A stretch of DNA of 64,000 bases from a virus. Below the pieces are notes generated by a model. That model saw nothing but the letters and a program-made list of their open reading frames with translations, was not told the origin of the DNA and searched no databases. Both the position numbers and the translations under genes were made by a program. How positions within the stretch are numbered: position 1 is the stretch's first letter; the number at the start of each line of letters is the position of its first letter. This document shows, one piece after another, positions 56,137-64,000 of this stretch. The stretch lies in the UHGV virus genome UHGV-0332176. The stretch is one strand, 5' to 3'.

Positions 56137-56689
56137 AGCAAAATGCTCAAATATTGATACTTTTGCAAGTAATGTTCCTGTTTCTTTACGAAATGGTTCA
56201 AGTTATGTATTAGCTTCTACTCCTGGCGGAAATGGAACAGTAACAGCAACTGGTACAGTTAATGATAGTTTATTAGTAACTGTTCCTACTGCAACAGTTG
56301 AACAACAATTGAATGATTTTTTAATTGCCAGAGGAATTAAAAACAAACCTGATAGAGTAGTTGCTTTTAAAGATATTATGAATTTTTATAATAATATTGC
56401 GTCATTTTTGGCTACAAAATTAATGTTTGTAAGTAATAGTTTTGGTAGTGGAACATTTATTTTTTATAATAGTGCAAATAATTCATATCCATCTGTAAAT
56501 TTAAATGTATCAGATATTAATTTTACTAATCCTGAAATTAAAACAAGCATTACAGATTTAATGAATGCAATTAATAATGTTTCAAATACTCACTATGCAG
56601 CAACAACTATTGTTTATACGTGTTCATCAAGTAGTTCATCAAGTTGTTCTTCATCAAGTTCAATGTTTATTGCATATATGGATATATAA
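56069..56689 (+). CDS. hypothetical protein with C-terminal poly-Ser/Cys tail (YTCSSSSSSSCSSSSSMFIAYMDI); paralog of the next gene
   Basis: RBS aaggataaaaatg. Overlaps the previous gene by 68 nt. Tail encoded by the DNA microsatellite tcatcaagt(n)t at 56624..56663. Confidence 0.4.
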   Translation: MTIATNQVIVYQDLLDFVLTNLKAKCSNIDTFASNVPVSLRNGSSYVLASTPGGNGTVTATGTVNDSLLVTVPTATVEQQLNDFLIARGIKNKPDRVVAFKDIMNFYNNIASFLATKLMFVSNSFGSGTFIFYNSANNSYPSVNLNVSDINFTNPEIKTSITDLMNAINNVSNTHYAATTIVYTCSSSSSSSCSSSSSMFIAYMDI

Positions 56690-57240
56690 TGGCTTTACAA
56701 AATATTACATACAACGAAATAGTTGAAACAGTTAAAAATTATATTAAAACAAATTGTATGAATATTGCAAATTTTGGAGCAATTCCAGCTGCCTTTAAAG
56801 CAGGTTATACATTATCAGGAAATATTAGTTCTTCAGGTGATAGATATACTTCTAAATATGTTGTAACAATTACAAGAGCTGTTACACAGGTTGCATCAAG
56901 TGTTGTTGATACAGATATGAATAATTTTTTAACAACAATTAATGTAACTAATAAATTAAATAATAATATTCCTGCAAGTGAATTTATTAATTTTATTAAT
57001 GATATAGTTAGTTTTTGTTCAACAAAATTATGCTTTGCAACTAGTCAATATGATGGAAATAGATATTTAATTTATTATACACCTAATACTTCATATTCTT
57101 CAATTGTTTCAATTAATACAAATGAAAGTAATAAAATTGTTCAAGCAAATGATGTTAATTCAATATTAAATATGCTTTTGAATGTTATTAAACAAAATAT
57201 CAGAAATGTCCCTTGTACATATAATATTGCATTATCATAA
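56689..57240 (+). CDS. hypothetical protein, paralog of 56069..56689 (track start 56644 trimmed to ATG 56689)
   Basis: Shared segments (NNFL..I...NK; F(L/C)(A/S)TKL.F...). TAATG overlap. Confidence 0.4.
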   Translation: MALQNITYNEIVETVKNYIKTNCMNIANFGAIPAAFKAGYTLSGNISSSGDRYTSKYVVTITRAVTQVASSVVDTDMNNFLTTINVTNKLNNNIPASEFINFINDIVSFCSTKLCFATSQYDGNRYLIYYTPNTSYSSIVSINTNESNKIVQANDVNSILNMLLNVIKQNIRNVPCTYNIALS

Positions 57241-57288
57241 TTTAATTGATATACTTTTCTTTAATAAAAATATTGAAGGAAACATATT

Positions 57289-58155
57289 ATGAATTGTAAA
57301 CCTGTTTATGAATTTTTATTATGGGATAATTGTAATAATCATTGTAAATTTTGCTGGCAACGAGAAAATCCTCGCTTATTTAATAAATCTCAACGAGAAA
57401 TCATTTTAAATAATGTAATTAAATTTATTAATAGTAATAAATTTAAAAAAGATAGTCATATTCTCATTGTTGGCGGAGAAATTTTTGATAATCCATCTGA
57501 TTTTGAATTATTAGATACATTTTTTTGCCAAATACTTGAATTTATGATTAATGGAACAATTGATTTATTATATATCAATACAAATCTAATATATAAAGAT
57601 TTAACAGGTATTATTCGTTTAATTAAACGAATAGAAACATTAAATTTATTTGATAGATTAAGATTTACAACATCCTTTGATATAGAAGGAAGATTTAAAT
57701 CAGAAGATGATAAACAATTAATGTTATCTAATTTAAAACTTTTAACAGGAATTTATGATAAATTGCAAGTTGTTACAAATATCATTTTAACTAAACCTAT
57801 GTGTCAAGCAATTATTAATGATAAATTTAGTGTTGGACAATTTATGAAAAAATATAAATGCTGGGTTAATCTAATTCCATATATTGTTTTAGATAATAAT
57901 TTAACAGCGGATAGAGAAGAAATATTTTCAACATTACAAAAAGTTGATGAAGAAAATAATGGTTATTTACAAAAATATATTACAAATTTAGATTTAGCAC
58001 AAGATAAGTTATTATATATGTATAAAGATAATAAATTTCAATTTTGTAGTTGTGAAAATTCTGAATGTGGACATTCAATAAACTTTAAGAAATATTCAGA
58101 TACTAATGATTGTTATATTTGTGATTTAAAGGAATTATTCAATGGAAAAATTTAA
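57289..58155 (+). CDS. radical SAM enzyme, paralog A (CNNHCKFC; GGE motif; C-terminal Cys cluster CENSECGH...CYICD)
   Basis: CxxxCxxC 14 aa from the N-terminus; IVGGEIF; C-terminal C..C..CGH...C..C. Confidence 0.6.
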   Translation: MNCKPVYEFLLWDNCNNHCKFCWQRENPRLFNKSQREIILNNVIKFINSNKFKKDSHILIVGGEIFDNPSDFELLDTFFCQILEFMINGTIDLLYINTNLIYKDLTGIIRLIKRIETLNLFDRLRFTTSFDIEGRFKSEDDKQLMLSNLKLLTGIYDKLQVVTNIILTKPMCQAIINDKFSVGQFMKKYKCWVNLIPYIVLDNNLTADREEIFSTLQKVDEENNGYLQKYITNLDLAQDKLLYMYKDNKFQFCSCENSECGHSINFKKYSDTNDCYICDLKELFNGKI

Positions 58156-59062
58156 AAATAAAAATCGTTTTATTCAATTTGAATTATGGAAAGACTGTAG
58201 TTTAGGTTGTAAATTTTGTTTTAATAAAAAACAAAAAGATGTTAATAAAATTGAATCTTTACAATTTGTTTTAAATAAATTAGATGATTCCGAAATGTTA
58301 GATTATAATGAAATTGGTTTTATTGGCGGAGAATTTTTTAATAATGAATTAAAAGATAATGATGTTAAACAACTTTTTTATAATTTATTTAAAAAACTTT
58401 CTACTATGCATTTTGAAAAAATATATATTACAGGAGCATTAATGTATGATATGCAACAATATCTTATCCCTTTTTTAAATTATTTAAAAAAATTAAAAAT
58501 ATTAGAAAAAGTTTTATTATGCACATCATATGATTTAAAATATCGTTTTTATACAAAAGAAAGAGAAGATTTATGGAAAAATAATATGTTAACACTTCAT
58601 AAATTATATCCAGAATTAAAATTACATACTGAAACAGTTATTACTCAATATTTTATTGATGCAGTTTTAAATGATGAATTTAGTATAACTGAATTTTGTA
58701 ATACATATCATACCAGATTAGATTATATTGAACCAACATCAGGATTATATTATAAAGATAAGCAAGAATGTATGAAAGATATTCCTGATTTTTTTCCAAC
58801 AAAAGATAGTTTTATTGATTTTATGATGAAAACAGGTGTAGAATCAAATGAAATAGATTTAAAAACATTTTTATCTATGGAAATACGTTCAAATAAATTA
58901 TATTATTTAGATGAAGGTATAAGATGTGTTTCAGCAAATAGACGTGAAAATGATGGAATGATTGTTCCAAAAGATAGTTCTATTAAATATGAAATTGGGT
59001 TTGCAGATTCTGATGATAATATGCCAGAATTAGTTAGAGATTTTTGTTTAACAGTAGGATAA
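58142..59062 (+). CDS. radical SAM enzyme, paralog B (CSLGCKFC), lacks the C-terminal CGH Cys cluster
   Basis: CxxxCxxC; IGFIGGEFF. Confidence 0.55.
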   Translation: MEKFKNKNRFIQFELWKDCSLGCKFCFNKKQKDVNKIESLQFVLNKLDDSEMLDYNEIGFIGGEFFNNELKDNDVKQLFYNLFKKLSTMHFEKIYITGALMYDMQQYLIPFLNYLKKLKILEKVLLCTSYDLKYRFYTKEREDLWKNNMLTLHKLYPELKLHTETVITQYFIDAVLNDEFSITEFCNTYHTRLDYIEPTSGLYYKDKQECMKDIPDFFPTKDSFIDFMMKTGVESNEIDLKTFLSMEIRSNKLYYLDEGIRCVSANRRENDGMIVPKDSSIKYEIGFADSDDNMPELVRDFCLTVG

Positions 59063-59066
59063 TATT

Positions 59067-60056
59067 ATGAATTTAATAGATTGGTGGATTAATTTAAATC
59101 CTTTAAATTATAAAGAAGAATTAGCATTATTATCTACACGAAATGATGAATATACTGGTAATGAAACAGATTTACCAAGTAATGAGGAATTTTTTAATCG
59201 TTTGCCAATGTGTAATTTATCTAAACCATATAGTGTACGTGTTGATAAATGTGCAACAACTTTAATTCAAGGTTTATTTGATACTTATATTGATGATGAT
59301 ACACTTGTTATATATACTGAAAATGAACATTATAAAATTAAAGAAATTCTTAATACGTTTAAAAATAGATTAGTATTAAGTTATGATGATATTCTTAAAT
59401 TAAATATGTCTAAAATAGCTTCAAGTCTATCTAAATTTAAAAAAGTATTTGTATACATTATTGGGACACAATTATCTAGTGGAGAAATTACACCTCAATA
59501 TTTTTTTATTAAATTAAAAGAATTATTAAATACTTATAAATGCCATTATAAATTAGTTTTAGATGACGTACACGGAATGTATTTTGTTCCTCGTGATTAT
59601 AGTTTATTTGATTATATTATTGGTACAACTCACGCTTTAATTCCAACATATCATATGGGAATTTTAATTGGTAAAGAAAATATGAATAAGTTTGGTAAAA
59701 ATGGTTATCATTGGATAATTGATTATTTTGAAGCATTAGATGTATTATTAAGTAGAAAAGAAAAAATTTATCAATTTAATTATGTATTAGAGCAAAGTTT
59801 AGCTGATATTTTAGCAAAAGGGAAATGTCATTTATTAACTCAAAAAGCTCCTCATTTATTTGCTATTAAAACAGACCAAATAAACTTTAATCAAGAATTT
59901 AAAAATGAAATGGATGAATATGGAATACGTTTAGAAGGAGTAAATAATGAATTAAAATATATTCTTCTTAGAGTATCACAATTTATTATTAATCCTCAAA
60001 ATTTAAAAGAAGGTATAGAAACTTTAAAAATAGCATTAGATTATATGTATGAATAG
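59067..60056 (+). CDS. non-rSAM protein embedded in the array (329 aa), possible PLP-fold enzyme (LVLDDVHG)
   Basis: No CxxxCxxC; the D-D-V-H segment resembles aminotransferase fold-I motifs only weakly. Confidence 0.35.
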   Translation: MNLIDWWINLNPLNYKEELALLSTRNDEYTGNETDLPSNEEFFNRLPMCNLSKPYSVRVDKCATTLIQGLFDTYIDDDTLVIYTENEHYKIKEILNTFKNRLVLSYDDILKLNMSKIASSLSKFKKVFVYIIGTQLSSGEITPQYFFIKLKELLNTYKCHYKLVLDDVHGMYFVPRDYSLFDYIIGTTHALIPTYHMGILIGKENMNKFGKNGYHWIIDYFEALDVLLSRKEKIYQFNYVLEQSLADILAKGKCHLLTQKAPHLFAIKTDQINFNQEFKNEMDEYGIRLEGVNNELKYILLRVSQFIINPQNLKEGIETLKIALDYMYE

Positions 60057-60065
60057 GAAAAACAA

Positions 60066-61001
60066 ATGGATAATAAGCAAAATATGGTTCAATTTGGTGT
60101 ATGGAGTAATTGTTGTAATGCGTGCGATTTTTGTTTACGTGAAGAAAGAATTCCATATAGTAAAGAAAAGCAATTATATTATTTAGATATGATTAAAAAA
60201 AATATTGAATATATTGATTGGAAAGATAAATTTTCTTATGGTATCTCATTATTAGGCGGTGAATTATATTATATTACTGATAAAGATTTACAAAAATCAT
60301 TTTTAGAATTGATTGATGTTATTATTGAAAAAATTTTAAAAGTTTCTCCAAATCCAGAATGCAAATATTCAACAGTAACTAATGGATTATACGACCCAAC
60401 ATTTTTATATCAAGTAATTGATAAAATTGTTAAAGAAGTAGGATTAAAAGCAATTGATGTTAATTTTTCATATGATTTAAAATATAGATTTAAATCAGAA
60501 GAAGATAGATTAAAAGTTCTAAAAAATATTAATGATTTTCATAAAAGATATAATTATAATGTTGGTGTACAAATGATTATGACACAATATGTAATTAATG
60601 AATGGAAAGCTGGCAGATTTGATGTTAATAAATTTATGGAAGAAGAAATTCCTGGTAATTATTTAACATTTTTATATCCACATCCTATTAGAACAGGTAA
60701 AAAATTAGACGATTTTAATTTTAACCGAACAGACTTTTTAGATTTTATTCAATATTTAAAAGATGAATGTTATAATGTATATTTGTCATTTTTACATTCA
60801 ACTAAAAATTCAGGAACATTTAAATATACTGGTTTACAAAATCGTGTACATCCTTCAGTAGATGCTCAACCAGTTTTATCAGATGGAAAAGAAATAATTA
60901 ATGAAAATTGCGGGCACTCAATTATATATAAATGTTATAGTGATTGTGATGATTGTGTATTATGTGATTTAAAAGAATTTGATGAGGAAGTATATATATG
61001 A
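60066..61001 (+). CDS. radical SAM enzyme, paralog C (CCNACDFC; C-terminal CGHSIIYKCYSDCDDCVLCD)
   Basis: Both motifs read directly; LLGGELYY. Confidence 0.6.
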   Translation: MDNKQNMVQFGVWSNCCNACDFCLREERIPYSKEKQLYYLDMIKKNIEYIDWKDKFSYGISLLGGELYYITDKDLQKSFLELIDVIIEKILKVSPNPECKYSTVTNGLYDPTFLYQVIDKIVKEVGLKAIDVNFSYDLKYRFKSEEDRLKVLKNINDFHKRYNYNVGVQMIMTQYVINEWKAGRFDVNKFMEEEIPGNYLTFLYPHPIRTGKKLDDFNFNRTDFLDFIQYLKDECYNVYLSFLHSTKNSGTFKYTGLQNRVHPSVDAQPVLSDGKEIINENCGHSIIYKCYSDCDDCVLCDLKEFDEEVYI

Positions 61002-61984
61002 AAAAACAAATGCAATTTGAATTATGGGATGAATGTAATTCTAAATGTACTTTTTGTCATTTATGTAATAAAAATAATATAACACCAAATGAAACAAAAC
61101 TTAATATGATTCAAGATACTTTAGATAAAATATCTAATTTATCTATATATGATGAGTATGATACAATAGGTTTTATTGGTGGAGAATTTTTTCAAGGTCA
61201 ACTTAATACTCCTGAAATTAAATCTAAATTTATGGAATTAATGGATAAATCAAGATGGTTATTAGATAATGATTATATTGAGAATGTATGGATTAATATA
61301 ACTTTAACAATTGGAAACCAAAATGACTTATATGACGTTTTAAAGCGTTTTGAAGGGCATAAAGGAAATTTATGGTTACTTACTTCATATGATACGTTAG
61401 GACGCTTCCATAGCCAAAAAATGCTGGATAATTGGGATTATCATATGAAAAACATTCATAAGTTATATCCAGAAATTAAATTTAATATTACAAGTATATT
61501 AACAGGTGACTTTATTGAAAAGTATTTAAATAATGAAATAAATTTTACACAAATGATGGAAGAATATCATTGTTCATTATTTTTTAAAGTTCCTGCATTA
61601 CAAAAAGAATTCTATAAATCCAATAAAGAAATGAATAATGCCATTGGTCATTTTTTTCCAACAAGAGATTTATTTTTAGAATTTTTAACTACTTTTCGTC
61701 AAACAGAACATCCTGATTTATGGAATAAATTATTTAATATTGCATATCGGGCTGATACATTGTATTGTCAAGAGAATGGGGATGATATAGAAATTACTCG
61801 TAATAAAGATAATGATTATATGGAAATTATTATTGATAATACAACAAATAAACAACTAATTAGAGATAAAGAAAAACAAATGGATTATATTATGGATTGT
61901 GGACATTTAAGTACATATAATTCATATGTTGATGAAGATGGATGTGCAATTTGTGATAAATTAATGATAGAAGAATTAATATAA
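60998..61984 (+). CDS. radical SAM enzyme, paralog D (CNSKCTFC; C-terminal CGHLSTYNSYVDEDGCAICD)
   Basis: Shares a 66-nt identical tract with paralog E. Confidence 0.6.
   Translation: MKKQMQFELWDECNSKCTFCHLCNKNNITPNETKLNMIQDTLDKISNLSIYDEYDTIGFIGGEFFQGQLNTPEIKSKFMELMDKSRWLLDNDYIENVWINITLTIGNQNDLYDVLKRFEGHKGNLWLLTSYDTLGRFHSQKMLDNWDYHMKNIHKLYPEIKFNITSILTGDFIEKYLNNEINFTQMMEEYHCSLFFKVPALQKEFYKSNKEMNNAIGHFFPTRDLFLEFLTTFRQTEHPDLWNKLFNIAYRADTLYCQENGDDIEITRNKDNDYMEIIIDNTTNKQLIRDKEKQMDYIMDCGHLSTYNSYVDEDGCAICDKLMIEELI
61178..61243 (+). repeat. 66-nt tract identical to 62184..62249 and 65/66 to 63618..63681, inside three rSAM paralogs (encodes GGEFFQGQLNTPEIKSKFMEL)
   Basis: Exact nucleotide identity inside otherwise diverged paralogs. 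Confidence 0.8.
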
Positions 61985-62003
61985 AAATTTTAAAGGATTA
62001 ATA

Positions 62004-62954
62004 ATGAGTAAACAATTACAATTTGAATTATGGCAAGAATGTAATTCTAAATGTAAATTTTGTTATTTAGGAAAAGAAAATTGTTATACGCCAAATGAAA
62101 TAAAATTACAATCATTACAAAATGCATTAGATAAAATATCAGATTTATCAATTTATAAAGAATATGATACATTATCATATTTAGGTGGAGAATTTTTTCA
62201 AGGTCAACTTAATACTCCTGAAATTAAATCTAAATTTATGGAATTAATGAAAAAAACAGCGTGGCTATATGAACATAACTACATTAAACACGTATGGATT
62301 TATGCTACTTTAACAATTGGTGACCAAAAAGATTTATATGAAACTTTAAATTTATTTAATAAAAAAGATGAATTATGGATTTTAACTTCATATGATACAA
62401 TTGGAAGATTTCATACACAAAAAATGTTAGATAATTGGGATTATCATATGAAAAACATTCATAATTTATATCCAGAAATTAAATTTAATATTACAACCAT
62501 ACTTTCTGAAGATTGTATAGACAAATATTTAAATGATAATTTATCATTTAAAAAAATGATGGAAGAATATCATTGTTCATTCTTTTTTAAACAATGCGGA
62601 AATGGACCATATTCAAAAGAAGAAATGAATACTATTCTTCCACATTTTTTTCCACCACGAGATAAATTTATAGATTTCCTACAAAAATTTCGTAATGAAG
62701 AAAACGATGAAATGTGGAATAAATTATTTAATATTCATTATAGAGCTGATAGTTTATATAGAAATTTTAATGATAAAAATCATCAAATGGAATTAAATGT
62801 ACGTCATAAGGATTCATTAAATGAAATTGAAAATAATAATAAAGATGAAATGGAAACAAATGATTGTGGACATTTAAAAGTTTATGCAGCTTATATAGAT
62901 TGTGATGATTGTGTATTATGTGATAAATTAATGATAGAAGAACTTTTAAAATAA
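62004..62954 (+). CDS. radical SAM enzyme, paralog E (CNSKCKFC; C-terminal CGHLKVYAAYIDCDDCVLCD)
   Basis: Read directly. Confidence 0.6.
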   Translation: MSKQLQFELWQECNSKCKFCYLGKENCYTPNEIKLQSLQNALDKISDLSIYKEYDTLSYLGGEFFQGQLNTPEIKSKFMELMKKTAWLYEHNYIKHVWIYATLTIGDQKDLYETLNLFNKKDELWILTSYDTIGRFHTQKMLDNWDYHMKNIHNLYPEIKFNITTILSEDCIDKYLNDNLSFKKMMEEYHCSFFFKQCGNGPYSKEEMNTILPHFFPPRDKFIDFLQKFRNEENDEMWNKLFNIHYRADSLYRNFNDKNHQMELNVRHKDSLNEIENNNKDEMETNDCGHLKVYAAYIDCDDCVLCDKLMIEELLK

Positions 62955-62964
62955 GGATTAATAA

Positions 62965-63441
62965 ATGATTACTATTGAAAATAATGATAAAGATATTACT
63001 ATTGAAAATGATAAAAATCAACCATATGTTAAAAAAATTATTTTAAATAAAGATTTAACAATTAAAGCTCAAACAAATACATCTTTTAATATTAATACAA
63101 TTTTTACTTTTTCAGATAATAATGATTTTGCATTTGTTGAAGGTGTTATTGTTGAAGCAAATGATTATTATATTGTTGGTGAAGTATATAGTTTAGACCG
63201 TGAAAATAATAAATTATCATTATTAATTGGGAATAATTCTAATAAATCTTATACAATTCCTGCTGGCACACATATTGGTAATATATATATTACATCAAAA
63301 AATTTGACAGGAAATGTTATTTATGATAATGGTAATTTAGCAGTTATTGATTATAATAATTTTTATAAAGTTGATAATACAACCTTAACTGAATATCCAG
63401 ATGGAAAAAAAGCTATTACTATTAACTTGGATAAAGAATAA
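62965..63441 (+). CDS. non-rSAM hypothetical protein inside the array (158 aa)
   Basis: RBS aaggattaataaatg. Confidence 0.4.
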   Translation: MITIENNDKDITIENDKNQPYVKKIILNKDLTIKAQTNTSFNINTIFTFSDNNDFAFVEGVIVEANDYYIVGEVYSLDRENNKLSLLIGNNSNKSYTIPAGTHIGNIYITSKNLTGNVIYDNGNLAVIDYNNFYKVDNTTLTEYPDGKKAITINLDKE

Positions 63442-64000
63442 TGAGCTTACAAATACAATATGAATTATGGCGAGAGTGTAATTGTAACTGTACATATTGC
63501 ACTCTTGGTTTTGATAATCATAAAACCGAGAATAAATTAAAACTTCAATCAATGCAAACCGCTATTGATGAAATGAAAAACTTTGAACCAAATGAACATC
63601 AAACAGTAGGTTTTATTGGTGGAGAATTTTTTCAAGGTCAACTTAATACTCCTGAAATTAAATCCAAATTTATGGAATTAATTAAAGTAGCTAATGATTT
63701 ATTAAATAATCATATTGTTAAAGATTTATGGTTAAATGCTTCATTATTAATTGGTAATCAAAAAGATTTATATGAAGCTATTGATTTAATTGATGATAAA
63801 ACAAAATTATGGATTTTAACTTCATATGATAGTATTGGAAGATTTCATACTCCTAAAATGCTAGAAACTTGGCAATATCATATGAAAAATATTCATAATT
63901 TATATCCAGAAATTAAATTAAACACAACGAGCATATTAACAGGTGATTTTATTGAAAAATATTTAAATGATAATATTGATATTAAAGAATTTAAAGCAAC
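63441..64000 (+). CDS. radical SAM enzyme, paralog F (CNCNCTYC), truncated by the window end
   Basis: CxxxCxxC and VGFIGGEFFQGQLNTPEIKSKFMEL. Confidence 0.55.
   Translation, partial: MSLQIQYELWRECNCNCTYCTLGFDNHKTENKLKLQSMQTAIDEMKNFEPNEHQTVGFIGGEFFQGQLNTPEIKSKFMELIKVANDLLNNHIVKDLWLNASLLIGNQKDLYEAIDLIDDKTKLWILTSYDSIGRFHTPKMLETWQYHMKNIHNLYPEIKLNTTSILTGDFIEKYLNDNIDIKEFKA

Noticed and set aside
1-64000. CRISPR arrays or integrase/attachment sites
   Set aside because: No regularly spaced direct repeats and no integrase- or transposase-like ORFs. The repeats present are promoters, paralog tracts or the Y-RNA-like units.
1-64000. Alternative genetic code (UGA as a sense codon)
   Set aside because: Long uninterrupted ORFs (up to 912 aa) in the standard code, and no tRNA with anticodon UCA was found.

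Overview
This window is a strongly AT-rich stretch of a large virulent dsDNA phage genome with a T4-like replication and recombination core. Coding is dense and almost all on the + strand.

Readable modules, left to right:
- 1-8.5 kb: a tail-fibre and structural block, with a SleB-like lysin.
- 8.7-15.6 kb: a DNA-metabolism block (gp32-like SSB, UvsX-like recombinase, SPFH protein, dUTPase).
- 16-22 kb: a large Ig-repeat protein and an N6A/N4C DNA methyltransferase.
- 22.3-23.4 kb: stacked sigma70-type early promoters driving short non-coding transcripts.
- 23.4-38.1 kb: a tRNA island with at least 24 tRNA genes. Several are atypical. The island is invaded by three Zn-ribbon homing-endonuclease-like genes. 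It embeds a Ro60/TROVE gene preceded by tandem tRNA-like (Y-RNA-like) repeat units.
- 36-47 kb: small early genes. These include a NADAR-domain protein and a free-standing HNH/NUMOD endonuclease.
- 48.2-54.5 kb: three receptor-binding-protein paralogs.
- 57.3 kb to the window end: a tandem array of at least six radical-SAM paralogs carrying gene-conversion tracts.

A consensus promoter, aaaaaGTTCTTGACA-N16/17-(TG)nTATAAT, recurs throughout.
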